From positions 1 through 64,000 of the forward strand of contig JBFMAD010000005.1 of the NCBI GenBank assembly GCA_040755855.1: a stretch of DNA of 64,000 bases. The letters are read 5' to 3'. Source of the DNA: Planctomycetota bacterium (GTDB lineage: Bacteria; Planctomycetota; Brocadiia; JAADGH01). The notes under the pieces were generated by a model. That model did no database searches. It was not told the origin of the DNA and was given only the letters and a program-made list of their open reading frames with translations. Position numbers and translations under genes: made by a program. Position 1 is the first letter of the stretch. Each line of letters opens with the position of its first letter. This document shows, in pieces, positions 28,753 to 38,353 of this stretch.

Positions 28753-29118
28753 ATGTACGAACTTACGGTGGAATCGGAGTTCGCCGCCGCCCACAACCTG
28801 CGGGAATACGACGGCAAGTGCGAGAACCTCCACGGCCACAACTGGAAGGTGCAGGTCATCCTTGCCGCCGAGAAGCTCGACAGGCTGGGGATGGTGATGG
28901 ACTTCCGCGACGCCAAGAGGATCGTGGCGGACGTCCTGGACGAGTACGACCACCACTACCTGAACGAACTCGAGGACTTTAAGGAACATAACCCGACGAC
29001 GGAAAACATCGCGCGGATCCTTCAGCAGAAACTCGCCGGGCAAATGCCGCAAGGGGTGACGGTAGCCAAGGTGACGGTGTGGGAATCCGAACGATGCGGC
29101 GCATCGTACCGCCCATGA
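28753..29118 (+). CDS. queD: 6-carboxytetrahydropterin synthase
   Basis: FAAAHNL, CENLHGHNW, DHHYLN, NPTTENIA and VWES motifs. Confidence 0.95.
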   Translation: MYELTVESEFAAAHNLREYDGKCENLHGHNWKVQVILAAEKLDRLGMVMDFRDAKRIVADVLDEYDHHYLNELEDFKEHNPTTENIARILQQKLAGQMPQGVTVAKVTVWESERCGASYRP

Positions 29119-29151
29119 CCGTCGGCTGGCGCAAATGAAGGCATAGGCCCC

Positions 29152-30441
29152 ATGCCCCCGCTGCTTCAGATAGCGTTGGATTTTGTGGACCTGGCTCGCG
29201 CGATGAAGGCGGCGCGCGAGGCCGTTGCAGGGGGCGCCGACTGGCTCGAGGCCGGCACACCGCTTATCAAGTCGGAGGGGCTGGACGCCGTCCGGCAGCT
29301 CCGGAAGGAGTTCCCGAAACACACGATCGTCGCAGACATGAAGACAATGGACGCGGGCCGGATCGAGATGGAGGCGGCAGCCAAGGCCGGGGCCAATGTG
29401 GCCGTCGTCATGGCGGCGGCGAGCGATGCCACCATCGAGGAGTGCGTCCGGGCGGGCAGGAATTTCGGCATCGAGGTAGCCGTGGACCTGCTCGGCGCGC
29501 CCGACGCCGCCAAGCGGGCGAGGGAGGTCGCCCGGCTCGGCGTGAGCTGCGTGGGCGTCCACGCGGCCATTGATGAACAAATGAAGGGCAAGGACCCCTT
29601 CCAACGGCTGCGCGAGGTGGCCCAGGCGGTCCGGTGTCCCGTGGCCGTGGCGGGGGGGATCAACTCCGAGACGGCCGCCGAGGCGGTGAAGGCCGGGGCG
29701 AGCATCGTCATCGTCGGCGGGGCGGTGACGAAGTCCGCCGATGCGAAGAAAGCGACGGCGGAGATCAAGAGGGCGATCCGGAAGAAGATCAAGGTCAAGA
29801 CGGACCTTTATAAGCGCGTCTCGGAAGAGGGCGTCCGGGAGGTCTTTCTGCGGACGACCGCCGCGGACATCTCCCACGCGAACCACAACATGCCCGGGCT
29901 GAGCGGGATCGTCCCGGTCAACCTGGGTGTGAAGATGGTTGGACCGGCCGTAACGGTGCGGACCTATCCGGGCGACTGGGCCAAGCCGGTGGAGGCCATT
30001 GACGTGGCGGAGCCGGGGAGCGTGGTCGTGATTGACGCGGGGGGCGTGCCGCCGGCAGTGTGGGGGGAGCTGGCGACGAATAGCTCTATCCAGAAGAAAC
30101 TCGCGGGCGTAGTGATTGACGGGGCGATTCGGGATACGGGACACATTCGTAAGCTCAAGTTCCCCGCCTTCGCCCGGTGCATCGTCCCGCACTGTGGGGA
30201 GCCGAAGGGTTTTGGCGAGATCGGGGTCCCCGTCACCGTCGCAGGGGTTCGGATCAACCCGGGCGATTGGCTGATCGGCGACGACGACGGCGTGGTGGCA
30301 GCTCCGAGGGAGCAGGCTGCCGAGATGGCGAATCGCGCCATGGATACTCTGGAGGCGGAGAACCGGATTCTGGGGGAGATTAGGGCGGGTAGGACCACGC
30401 TGGGGAAGGTGGTGGAACTGGCAAAATGGGAAAAGAAGTAG
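29152..30441 (+). CDS. hxlA: 3-hexulose-6-phosphate synthase fused to an RraA/MenG-like domain
   Basis: LQIALD, EAGTPLIKSEG, ADMKTMDAG and VAGGI motifs, then GPAVTV, AVWGEL, DGAIRD and GDDDGVV (RraA-like). Confidence 0.88.
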   Translation: MPPLLQIALDFVDLARAMKAAREAVAGGADWLEAGTPLIKSEGLDAVRQLRKEFPKHTIVADMKTMDAGRIEMEAAAKAGANVAVVMAAASDATIEECVRAGRNFGIEVAVDLLGAPDAAKRAREVARLGVSCVGVHAAIDEQMKGKDPFQRLREVAQAVRCPVAVAGGINSETAAEAVKAGASIVIVGGAVTKSADAKKATAEIKRAIRKKIKVKTDLYKRVSEEGVREVFLRTTAADISHANHNMPGLSGIVPVNLGVKMVGPAVTVRTYPGDWAKPVEAIDVAEPGSVVVIDAGGVPPAVWGELATNSSIQKKLAGVVIDGAIRDTGHIRKLKFPAFARCIVPHCGEPKGFGEIGVPVTVAGVRINPGDWLIGDDDGVVAAPREQAAEMANRAMDTLEAENRILGEIRAGRTTLGKVVELAKWEKK

Positions 30442-30454
30442 GAGACATGAGGCA

Positions 30455-31249
30455 TTGCTTATCGTAGGTGAGCGTATCAACACGAGTCGGAAGCGCATCC
30501 GCCGCGCCGTCGAAGCGCGCGATGCGGAGTTCATTCAGAAAGAGGCGCGGCTGCAGGTGGAGGCCGGCGCGAGCATGGTGGACGTGAACGCCGGCACAAG
30601 CGTGAAGGACGAGATAGACGACCTGAAGTGGCTGGTCGAGACGGCCCAGGCGGCCGTGGACGTCCCGTTGTGCCTCGACAGCCCGAACGCGAAGGCCATT
30701 GCGGAGGCGTTGAAGCTGCACAAGAACGGCCGGCCGATGATCAACTCCATTACGGCGGAGAAGGCGAGGATGGATGAGATCATCCCGCTGGTGAAGGAAA
30801 ACGACACGCTCGTGGTGGCGCTGTGCATGGGCGAGTCGGGCCCGCCGTCCAGCGCGGCGGATCGGGTTAAGAATGCGACGACGATGAAGGAGGCCCTGGA
30901 GGCCGCCGGGGTGCCGATGGATCGGGCCTACTTCGATCCCGTGATCTTTCCCGCCAGCACGGACGGCAAGGCGCCGATGGCGGCGATCGAGTGCATCCGG
31001 ACGATCATGAGCCAGTTCGGAGGCGCCCACACGACCTGCGGCCTCAGCAACATCTCCTATGGTCTGCCGAAGCGGAACCATCTGAACCGGACGTTCCTTA
31101 CGCTGGCGCTTGCAGCGGGGATTGACGGTGTGATCGTGGACCCGACGGAGCCGGAGATGATGGCCACCCTGCTCGCGGCGAACGTGCTGCTGGGCAGGGA
31201 TGAGTTCTGCATGAACTACATCACGGCGGAGCGTGAAGGAAAACTGTAA
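30455..31249 (+). CDS. acsE: Methyltetrahydrofolate:corrinoid methyltransferase (AcsE-like pterin-binding barrel)
   Basis: IVGERINTSRK, DVNAG, LCLDS, INSIT, FDP and GLSNISYGLP.R..LN motifs. Confidence 0.85.
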   Translation: MLIVGERINTSRKRIRRAVEARDAEFIQKEARLQVEAGASMVDVNAGTSVKDEIDDLKWLVETAQAAVDVPLCLDSPNAKAIAEALKLHKNGRPMINSITAEKARMDEIIPLVKENDTLVVALCMGESGPPSSAADRVKNATTMKEALEAAGVPMDRAYFDPVIFPASTDGKAPMAAIECIRTIMSQFGGAHTTCGLSNISYGLPKRNHLNRTFLTLALAAGIDGVIVDPTEPEMMATLLAANVLLGRDEFCMNYITAEREGKL

Positions 31250-31277
31250 AGACTGTGGGGCAACGGGAAAAAGTAAT

Positions 31278-31775
31278 ATGAAGTGCCAATCTTGTAAGAA
31301 AAACGAAGCGACGGTCCACTTTACGGACATTCAGGGCGCCGAGAAGAAAGAGATTCACCTCTGCGAGGAATGCGCCCGCGAGCAGACTGGCATGCCGCCC
31401 AAGGGCCTCACGCTGACGGAAATCTTCAGCAACCTGATTCAGCAGCACAGCAAGGAGACGGCGGACCTCCTGAAAACGACCTGCCCGAACTGCGGCATGT
31501 CCTACGTGGAGTTCAAGACCGGCGGGCGGCTGGGATGCGCGAGCGACTATGTGGTATTTGAAGAAGGATTGACGCCGCTGCTCGAAAAGTTGCACCAGAG
31601 CACGCAGCACATCGGCAAGACCCCGTCCCACGCGGGCGACGACGTGCGGCGCGAGAACGAGGTCATCCGCCTGCGTCGCGAGCTGGACCGGGCGGTGCAG
31701 CGCGAGGAATATGAACGGGCGGCGGGGATTCGGGACCGTATCAAAGAATTGACGGGATCATCCGATGCAAATTAA
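31278..31775 (+). CDS. mcsA: McsA (zinc finger/UVR protein-arginine kinase activator)
   Basis: MKCQSC, LCEECA, CPNCG, GRLGCASDY, HIGKTP and UVR motif EEYERAAGIRD. Confidence 0.93.
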   Translation: MKCQSCKKNEATVHFTDIQGAEKKEIHLCEECAREQTGMPPKGLTLTEIFSNLIQQHSKETADLLKTTCPNCGMSYVEFKTGGRLGCASDYVVFEEGLTPLLEKLHQSTQHIGKTPSHAGDDVRRENEVIRLRRELDRAVQREEYERAAGIRDRIKELTGSSDAN

Positions 31776-32826
31776 CAGACTGGCCACACGCGCCGGCGAA
31801 TGGCTGAAAGGCACAGGCCGGGAGGCGGATATTGTAGTGAGCAGCCGAATCCGGCTGGCGCGGAACGTGGCGGACTTTCCCTTCATGACCAAGGCCTCCG
31901 CCCCGCAGCGGCGAGAGCTGAAGGACCTGCTCCGAGGCAGGATCATGGCGGCGAACCTCACCGAGGACATGTTCTATCTCGGCCTGACAGACCTGCCCGC
32001 GGTGGACCGGCTGTTCCTCGTGGAGCGCCACCTCATCAGCCGGGAGCACGCCGGCGGCGAGGGAGACCGGGGGGTGGCCTTCGGCGGCAACGAGGCCATC
32101 AGCATCATGGTGAACGAGGAAGACCACCTGCGAATGCAGAGCATCCGGTCGGGCTTCGAACTGGAAAAGGCGTGGGAGACCCTCGACCAGATTGACGACG
32201 CGCTGGAGAAGGAACTGAATTACGCCTTTTCCAGCCAGTTCGGCTATCTGACCGCCTGCCCGACGAACGTGGGGACGGGGATGCGGGTGTCGGTCATGCT
32301 GCACCTGCCCGCACTCGTCAGCACGCGGCATTTGGACAAGGTCGTCAACGCCGTGGCGAAGATCAACCTCGTGGTTCGTGGGCTGTATGGAGAGGGCACG
32401 GAGGCATCGGGCGATTTTTACCAGATCTCCAACCAGGTGACGCTGGGCAAGTCGGAGAGGGACATCCTCGACAGCGTCCTGAACGCCATCCCGAGGATCA
32501 TCACATATGAGCGGAAGGCGCGAGAAAGCCTGATGGCGGAGAATCGAAGGCAGCTCGATGATCGCGTATGGCGCGCCTATGGCATCCTGAACATGGCGCG
32601 GTGCATATCGTCCGAGGAGACGCTGCATCTCCTATCGCAGGTGCGGATGGGGGTCAACCTGGGACTGCTTCCCGATGTGGACTTGAAGATCGTCAATGAG
32701 CTGTTTGTCCTGACCCTCCCCGCTCACTTGCAGAAACTGACGGGGCGGGAGATTGGCCCGGAGGAGCGAAACATCGTCCGGGCGGATTTTGTTCGAGAGA
32801 AGCTTTCCGGGGGGCAAGGATCATAG
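31765..32826 (+). CDS. mcsB: Protein arginine kinase McsB
   Basis: SSRIRLARN, NEEDHLR, GYLTACPTNVGTG and QISNQVTLG motifs. Confidence 0.96.
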   Translation: MQINRLATRAGEWLKGTGREADIVVSSRIRLARNVADFPFMTKASAPQRRELKDLLRGRIMAANLTEDMFYLGLTDLPAVDRLFLVERHLISREHAGGEGDRGVAFGGNEAISIMVNEEDHLRMQSIRSGFELEKAWETLDQIDDALEKELNYAFSSQFGYLTACPTNVGTGMRVSVMLHLPALVSTRHLDKVVNAVAKINLVVRGLYGEGTEASGDFYQISNQVTLGKSERDILDSVLNAIPRIITYERKARESLMAENRRQLDDRVWRAYGILNMARCISSEETLHLLSQVRMGVNLGLLPDVDLKIVNELFVLTLPAHLQKLTGREIGPEERNIVRADFVREKLSGGQGS

Positions 32827-32838
32827 GAGGAATCTTGC

Positions 32839-35319
32839 ATGTTTGACCGCTTCACTGATCGGGCGCGAAAGGTGATGACCTACGCCAAGGAAGAGGCCCA
32901 GCGCTTCAATCATGACTATATCGGCACCGAGCACATTCTCCTGGGCCTGCTCAAGGAAGGGAGCGGCGTCGCCGCGAACGTGCTCCGAAACCTGGATGTG
33001 GACATCAACAAGATCCGCTTCGAAGTGGAAAAGATGGTGGCCAGCGGGTCGGACGTGGCCAAGAAGGGCAATCTCCCCTTTACGCCCCGGGCCAAGAAGG
33101 TCCTCGAGCTGGCCCTCGAGGAGGCCAAGGGCCTCGGCCACAACTATATCGGCACGGAGCATATTCTTCTCGGCCTTCTTCGCGAAAACGAAGGCGTGGC
33201 CGCGCGGGTCCTCCTCAACCTGGGCCTGAAGCTTGAGGAAGTCCGCGAGGAGGTCCTCAGCCTGCTGGGCGCCGAGTTCCCGCCGGAGGCGGAGGAGGAG
33301 AAGCCCGACAAGAAATCCAAGTCCAAGACCCCTGCCCTCGACTCCTTCGGTCGCGATCTGACGGCGCTGGCCCGGGAAGGAAAGCTCGACCCCGTGATAG
33401 GGCGGCAGGATGAGATCGAGCGCCTGGTGCAGGTCCTCAGCCGCCGGACCAAGAACAACCCCGTCCTCCTCGGCGAGGCAGGTGTGGGGAAGACCGCCAT
33501 AGTGGAGGGCCTGGCCCAGAAGATCGTGGCCAACGACGTGCCGGAACTGCTCCGCGACCGGCGGATCATCGTCCTGGACCTGGCCCAGATGGTCGCCGGC
33601 ACGAAATACCGCGGACAGTTCGAGGAGCGGATCAAGGCCGTGCTGAACGAGCTCCGCCGCGTGCGGAACGTGATGCTCTTCATTGACGAGTTGCACACCC
33701 TCGTGGGCGCCGGGGGGGCGGAAGGGGCCATTGACGCCTCGAACGTCCTCAAGCCGCCTCTCTCCCGCGGCGAGATCCAGTGCATCGGTGCCACAACGCT
33801 GGATGAGTATCGGAAGTATGTCGAAAAGGACGGGGCGCTGGAGCGACGATTCCAGACGATCATAGTTGATCCCCCGACGAAGGAAGAGACCTATGAAATC
33901 CTCCTGGGGCTGCGGGATCGGTACGAGGCGCACCACCGCGTCAGCATGACCGATGGCGCTCTAAAGGAGGCGGTGGAGCTTTCGCATCGCTACATTACGG
34001 GGCGCTATCTGCCCGATAAGGCGATAGACGTGATTGACGAGGCGGGGGCCCGCGTTCGTCTGCGCTACACCACTCGCCCACCCGACGTGAAGGACCTCGA
34101 AGTTGAGATCGAGAAGCTCGAAAACGATAAGGATGAGGCGGTGGCCGTGCAGGATTTCGAGCGCGCCGCCAGCCTTCGCGACAGGGCCGAGAAGCTGAAG
34201 ATAAAGAAGAATCAGATTCTCGAGGACTGGAAGGCCAAGTCCACGGAAACCGAAGGCGTGGTGGACGAGGATGTAGTCGCGGAGGTCGTGTCCAAGATGA
34301 CCGGCATTCCCCTGACCCGGCTCGAGACGGCCGAGGCCGAGCGCCTGCTGCACATGGAGGAAGAGCTCCACAAGATGATTGTCAGCCAGGACGAGGCCGT
34401 CGGCGCGATCGCCAAGTCGGTCCGCCGCTCCCGGTCGGGGCTGAAGGACCCGCACCGGCCGATGGGGTCGTTCATCTTCCTCGGTCCGTCCGGGGTGGGC
34501 AAGACGCACCTGGCGCGCGCCCTCGCCAAGTTTATGTTCGGCGAAGAGGAAGCGCTGGTGCAGATTGACATGTCGGAGTACATGGAGAAGCACAATGTCT
34601 CCCGCCTGATCGGCGCGCCGCCGGGCTACGTGGGCTATGAAGAGGGCGGGCAACTGACGGAAAAGATCCGCCGGCGCCCATATGCGGTGGTGCTTCTGGA
34701 CGAGATCGAGAAGGCGCACGTGGACGTCTTCAACATGCTCCTCCAGATCATGGAGGAGGGCCGGCTGACCGACAGCTTCGGCCGGCATGTGGACTTCCGG
34801 AACGTGATCCTCATCATGACGTCGAACATCGGTGCCGACATCATCAAAAACCAGACGTCTCTCGGCTTCCGCAGGACGACTGAGGAGCAGACCTACGAGA
34901 CGATGAAGAAGCAGTTGATGGGCGAGGTGGACCGGGCGTTCCGTCCGGAGTTTCTAAACCGCCTCGATGATATTATCGTTTTCCGCGCCCTCACACGAGA
35001 CAACCTGAGAAAGATCGTTGATCTGGAACTGGCGGAAGTGAGGGACCGGCTCAAGGATCACGGGCTGGATCTGCGGCTGACGCCGGAGGCCATCGAGTTT
35101 CTGATTGACAAGGGATTCGATCCCGACTACGGCGCTCGCCCGTTGAAGCGCGCCATCGAGCGTCGTGTGGAGGACCCGCTCTCCGAGGCCATCTTGCGCG
35201 GCGAGTTCAGAGGCATGAGCGTGATTACCGTCGTGGCGAGGGGCGACGGCCTCGCGTTCGAGGGAAGCCCGAAGCGCGCCCTCGAACCGGCGGGGAGGAA
35301 AAGCGGCGACTTGGCCTGA
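32839..35319 (+). CDS. clpC: ATP-dependent Clp protease ATP-binding subunit ClpC
   Basis: Double Clp-N domain, Walker A motifs GEAGVGKT and [11 protein letters not shown] middle domain, GARPLKR. Confidence 0.97.
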   Translation: MFDRFTDRARKVMTYAKEEAQRFNHDYIGTEHILLGLLKEGSGVAANVLRNLDVDINKIRFEVEKMVASGSDVAKKGNLPFTPRAKKVLELALEEAKGLGHNYIGTEHILLGLLRENEGVAARVLLNLGLKLEEVREEVLSLLGAEFPPEAEEEKPDKKSKSKTPALDSFGRDLTALAREGKLDPVIGRQDEIERLVQVLSRRTKNNPVLLGEAGVGKTAIVEGLAQKIVANDVPELLRDRRIIVLDLAQMVAGTKYRGQFEERIKAVLNELRRVRNVMLFIDELHTLVGAGGAEGAIDASNVLKPPLSRGEIQCIGATTLDEYRKYVEKDGALERRFQTIIVDPPTKEETYEILLGLRDRYEAHHRVSMTDGALKEAVELSHRYITGRYLPDKAIDVIDEAGARVRLRYTTRPPDVKDLEVEIEKLENDKDEAVAVQDFERAASLRDRAEKLKIKKNQILEDWKAKSTETEGVVDEDVVAEVVSKMTGIPLTRLETAEAERLLHMEEELHKMIVSQDEAVGAIAKSVRRSRSGLKDPHRPMGSFIFLGPSGVGKTHLARALAKFMFGEEEALVQIDMSEYMEKHNVSRLIGAPPGYVGYEEGGQLTEKIRRRPYAVVLLDEIEKAHVDVFNMLLQIMEEGRLTDSFGRHVDFRNVILIMTSNIGADIIKNQTSLGFRRTTEEQTYETMKKQLMGEVDRAFRPEFLNRLDDIIVFRALTRDNLRKIVDLELAEVRDRLKDHGLDLRLTPEAIEFLIDKGFDPDYGARPLKRAIERRVEDPLSEAILRGEFRGMSVITVVARGDGLAFEGSPKRALEPAGRKSGDLA

Positions 35320-35386
35320 TTCTCCGCCCGCCCGCGCCGAGGCCCTATAGCGGAACAAGGCAACCCGAGGAAGAAAACACCCCTTC

Positions 35387-36184
35387 ATGCAGGCATGGTT
35401 TCGCGCCACAGGCGCTGCGGTTTTGACGGGAATTGAGGCGGTAGGAGGCCTTGCGGTCCTTTTCGCCCGCACGGTGACGGGTCTCTTCCGAAAGCGGCCC
35501 CGCAGGCGGGTTGTCCTCGAGCAGATGCACCAGGTAGGCAATAAGTCCCTGCCGGTTGTTCTTACCACGGGCGCGTTTACGGGGATGGTTCTCGCCGCGC
35601 AGACATACTTCCAGTTCCGAAAACTGGCCGGCATGGAGGCGCAGGTCGGCGCTGTGGTCGGCGTGTCGCTCGTCAAGGAGCTCGGGCCGGTCCTCACCGC
35701 GCTCATGCTTGCCGGGCGCGTCGGCGCAGCCATTACGGCCGAGCTCGGCACCATGCGTGTAACCGAGCAGATTGACGCGCTGGAGACGCTCGGCACGGAT
35801 CCGGTCCGATACTTGGTGACGCCGCGATTCTTGTCCTGTTTTCTCCTGTTGCCGCTGCTGACCGTCATGGCCGATGTGATCGGGATGATCGGCGGATACC
35901 TCGTCGCCGTGGAAGTTTACGGCGTGGACTCGCACTACTACGTTGAGCACACCTGTCTCAATGTGACGGCGTATGCGGTGACGGCGGGCGTGATCAAGTC
36001 GTTCGTCTTCGGGACGATCATCGCCATGGTGGCCTGCTACAAGGGGTTCCACTCGAAAGGAGGCGCCGAGGGCGTCGGTCGGGCCACATGCGAGTCGGTA
36101 GTCGCGGCCTGCATTGCGATTCTGATCAGCAACTTCTTCCTGACGTTGGCGATCGAGGGCGTTCACGACGCGCTGGTGGCATGA
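35387..36184 (+). CDS. mlaE: MlaE-family ABC permease
   Basis: KELGPVLTALMLAGRVGAAITAELGTMRVTEQIDALE and GVGRAT motifs. Confidence 0.93.
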   Translation: MQAWFRATGAAVLTGIEAVGGLAVLFARTVTGLFRKRPRRRVVLEQMHQVGNKSLPVVLTTGAFTGMVLAAQTYFQFRKLAGMEAQVGAVVGVSLVKELGPVLTALMLAGRVGAAITAELGTMRVTEQIDALETLGTDPVRYLVTPRFLSCFLLLPLLTVMADVIGMIGGYLVAVEVYGVDSHYYVEHTCLNVTAYAVTAGVIKSFVFGTIIAMVACYKGFHSKGGAEGVGRATCESVVAACIAILISNFFLTLAIEGVHDALVA

Positions 36185-36927
36185 TCCGTTTCGTTGACGT
36201 GCATAAATCTTTCGGCGACAAGCCCGTCCTCCAGGGAGTGAACCTGGAGGTCAAGAAGGGGGAGACCCTTGTGATCATCGGGCGCAGCGGATGCGGCAAG
36301 AGCGTGCTCCTGAAACACGTCGTCGGCCTGATCCGGCCCGACCAGGGGGAGATATATGTGGATGGAGTGGACATGACGAAGCTCGACGGCGACGACCTGA
36401 TGAGACGCCGGAGGCGCTGCGGCGTCCTGTTCCAGGGTGCGGCGCTCTTTGATTCGCTGACCGTCGCCGAGAACATCTCCTTTTACTTGGACGAACATAC
36501 GGACCTTCCGGCGGAGGAGATTGACAAGACGGTCCGCGAGAAGATGCGCATGGTTCGGCTCGCCGACGAGCTCCTGGACAAAAAGCCCGCCCAGTTGAGC
36601 GGCGGGCAGAAGAAGCGCGTGGGCCTGGCCCGCGCCCTGGCGATGGGCCCGGAGATTATGCTCTACGACGAGCCCACGACGGGACTGGACCCCATTACCG
36701 CCGATGCTATCAACAAACTGATCCGGGAGACCCAGCGCCGCGTCGGCACCACGGGCATCGCCGTCACGCACGACATGGCCAGCGCCTATACCATCGCCGA
36801 CCGCATCGCCATGCTCGACGAGGGGCGCATCATCGCCGTCGGCGCGCCGGAGGAGATGCGAAATTCCTCCGACAAACGGGTCACAAACTTTATCAACGGC
36901 ATCGCTGAGGACATATCCGAGAACTGA
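36181..36927 (+). CDS. mlaF: MlaF/Mkl-family ABC ATPase
   Basis: GRSGCGKS, LFQGAALFDS, LSGGQKKRVGLARA and YDEPTTGLDP motifs. ATGA overlap with mlaE. Confidence 0.93.
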   Translation: MIRFVDVHKSFGDKPVLQGVNLEVKKGETLVIIGRSGCGKSVLLKHVVGLIRPDQGEIYVDGVDMTKLDGDDLMRRRRRCGVLFQGAALFDSLTVAENISFYLDEHTDLPAEEIDKTVREKMRMVRLADELLDKKPAQLSGGQKKRVGLARALAMGPEIMLYDEPTTGLDPITADAINKLIRETQRRVGTTGIAVTHDMASAYTIADRIAMLDEGRIIAVGAPEEMRNSSDKRVTNFINGIAEDISEN

Positions 36928-36944
36928 CCATACGAGGGACCATT

Positions 36945-38009
36945 GTGGCAAAGAGCAATCTGGAAATCAAAATCGGCGTGTTCGTGACGGTCGGCATCGT
37001 CTTGCTGATGGCCATGATCATCATGTTCGGCGAGTTTCGCTTTTTTCACAACACATACACCGTAACCTGTTATTTCAAGGAATCCATCAGCGGGATCACG
37101 CCGGGCGTTGATGTCACCATGCTGGGCAAGAGAATCGGGGAGGCCGCGAGTTTCGAGATCACACCCGAGCCCCAGGTCAAAGCGGTGCTCAAGATTGACA
37201 AACAATATCGAATCCCGAAGGACTCCACCGTCCGGAAGGTGCAACAGAGCTTCCTCGGCGACTACTACCTCTCCATCAAGCCGCCGGATGGGACGATTAA
37301 GGAGATGATCCCCACGGACGATTCGGCAGTCCTGGAGACAGTCGTGGACACGTCGCTCGGCGATCTCGCGCCAAAGGTGGACCAGTTTCTGAAAGACTAT
37401 GAGCCGCAGATCGCGGAATTGATGAAGAACCTGAACAGCGCGGTGGCAAGCCTGAATCAGATCGTCAGCGACCCGGCGTCGCAGAAATACCTCAAGGACG
37501 CGCTGCGGGACGCCTCGGCAACCGTGGCGAAAGGCCCCGGCATCGCCGACGAAGTCGCCGCTGTCGTCAAAGAGTCCCATATCCTGGTTCAGAACCTGAA
37601 CAAGACGACCGCCACCTTCGACGCGCAAGTCAGCGCGCTCGGCAAAGACTATCAGAAGGTGGCGAAGGATATCAATTCCGTCGCAGAGAAACTCGACGCC
37701 ATCCTTTCCTCTATGAAAAAGATCTCCGACAAGGCCACAAGCGAGAGCACCGTCGGCAAGCTGGTGTCCGACACGGAGCTCTACGCAAAGATGGTCGAGA
37801 CCCTGGACCAGGCCAAGGCCACCCTCTCCCAGATCAAACGGACGATGCAGTATTTTGAGGAACATCCCTCGGACCTCGTCTGGGGCAGCCGCAAGAAGAT
37901 GAAGGAGCCCGAAACCCAGCCCTGGTGGGAGAAACTCTTCGCAAAGGAAAAAGAAGAGGACAAGCCGCACCACCCCGAAAAGGAATCCCTGGAAAAGGAA
38001 TCCAAGTAA
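36945..38009 (+). CDS. mlaD: MCE/MlaD-family protein with long helical C-terminus
   Basis: N-terminal TM, MCE domain (G.V...G.RIG.V, FLGDYY) and GKLVSD.ELY motif. Confidence 0.88.
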   Translation: MAKSNLEIKIGVFVTVGIVLLMAMIIMFGEFRFFHNTYTVTCYFKESISGITPGVDVTMLGKRIGEAASFEITPEPQVKAVLKIDKQYRIPKDSTVRKVQQSFLGDYYLSIKPPDGTIKEMIPTDDSAVLETVVDTSLGDLAPKVDQFLKDYEPQIAELMKNLNSAVASLNQIVSDPASQKYLKDALRDASATVAKGPGIADEVAAVVKESHILVQNLNKTTATFDAQVSALGKDYQKVAKDINSVAEKLDAILSSMKKISDKATSESTVGKLVSDTELYAKMVETLDQAKATLSQIKRTMQYFEEHPSDLVWGSRKKMKEPETQPWWEKLFAKEKEEDKPHHPEKESLEKESK

Positions 38010-38016
38010 CCTGTTT

Positions 38017-38097
38017 GTAGCTGAACTCGCCAGAGTTCGGAACCCACGTTTCACGGAGAAACAGTTGGAAGATCGGAAGTCTGGCGACTTCCGCTAC
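38017..38097. repeat. Inverted doublet of GTAG-type REP elements
   Basis: GTAGCTGAACTCGCCAGAGTTCGG (38017-38040) and the reverse copy GTAGCGGAAGTCGCCAGACTTCCG (38097-38074). Each is internally palindromic. Confidence 0.8.
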
Positions 38098-38103
38098 CGA
38101 AGA

Positions 38104-38167
38104 TGTCATTCCCGCGCAAGCGGGAATCTACGAGGGAATGTGGATGCCTGCTTTCGCGGGCATGACA
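38104..38167. repeat. GTCATTCCCGCG...GCGGGAATC-type palindromic doublet
   Basis: TGTCATTCCCGCGCAAGCGGGAATC...GGATGCCTGCTTTCGCGGGCATGACA. Confidence 0.8.
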
Positions 38168-38181
38168 CACGAACGACAAGC

Positions 38182-38300
38182 GTGTGCCACGCCCAAGGCC
38201 GCGTCTTCGCGGGCTTGAGCGTGCGAATGGCGGGAGAAATCCGCCAGCCAAAGGGCACGCTCAAACAATCCCGCGCGGACGCGGGATGAGCGTGGCACAC
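38182..38300. repeat. Third palindromic doublet (GTGTGCCACGC type)
   Basis: Perfect outer IR GTGTGCCACGC/GCGTGGCACAC, inner IR TTGAGCGTGC/GCACGCTCAA, central hairpin TGGCGGG-AGAAA-TCCGCCA. Confidence 0.75.
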
Positions 38301-38353
38301 AACGTGTCCAATGTGAATTTTGCCCTGGCCAGCATGTTGTGGAATAGAGATCC

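Noticed and set aside
26230..30534. Very long antisense ORFs (798 aa at 26230-28626, 629 aa at 28645-30534, and many similar elsewhere)
   Set aside because: They lie opposite well-supported genes, carry no recognisable motifs, and are expected shadows of GC-rich codon usage.
38010..38353. Possible CRISPR array or integron attC sites
   Set aside because: The repeats are inverted and of three unrelated types, with no constant repeat-spacer period and no cas or integrase gene.
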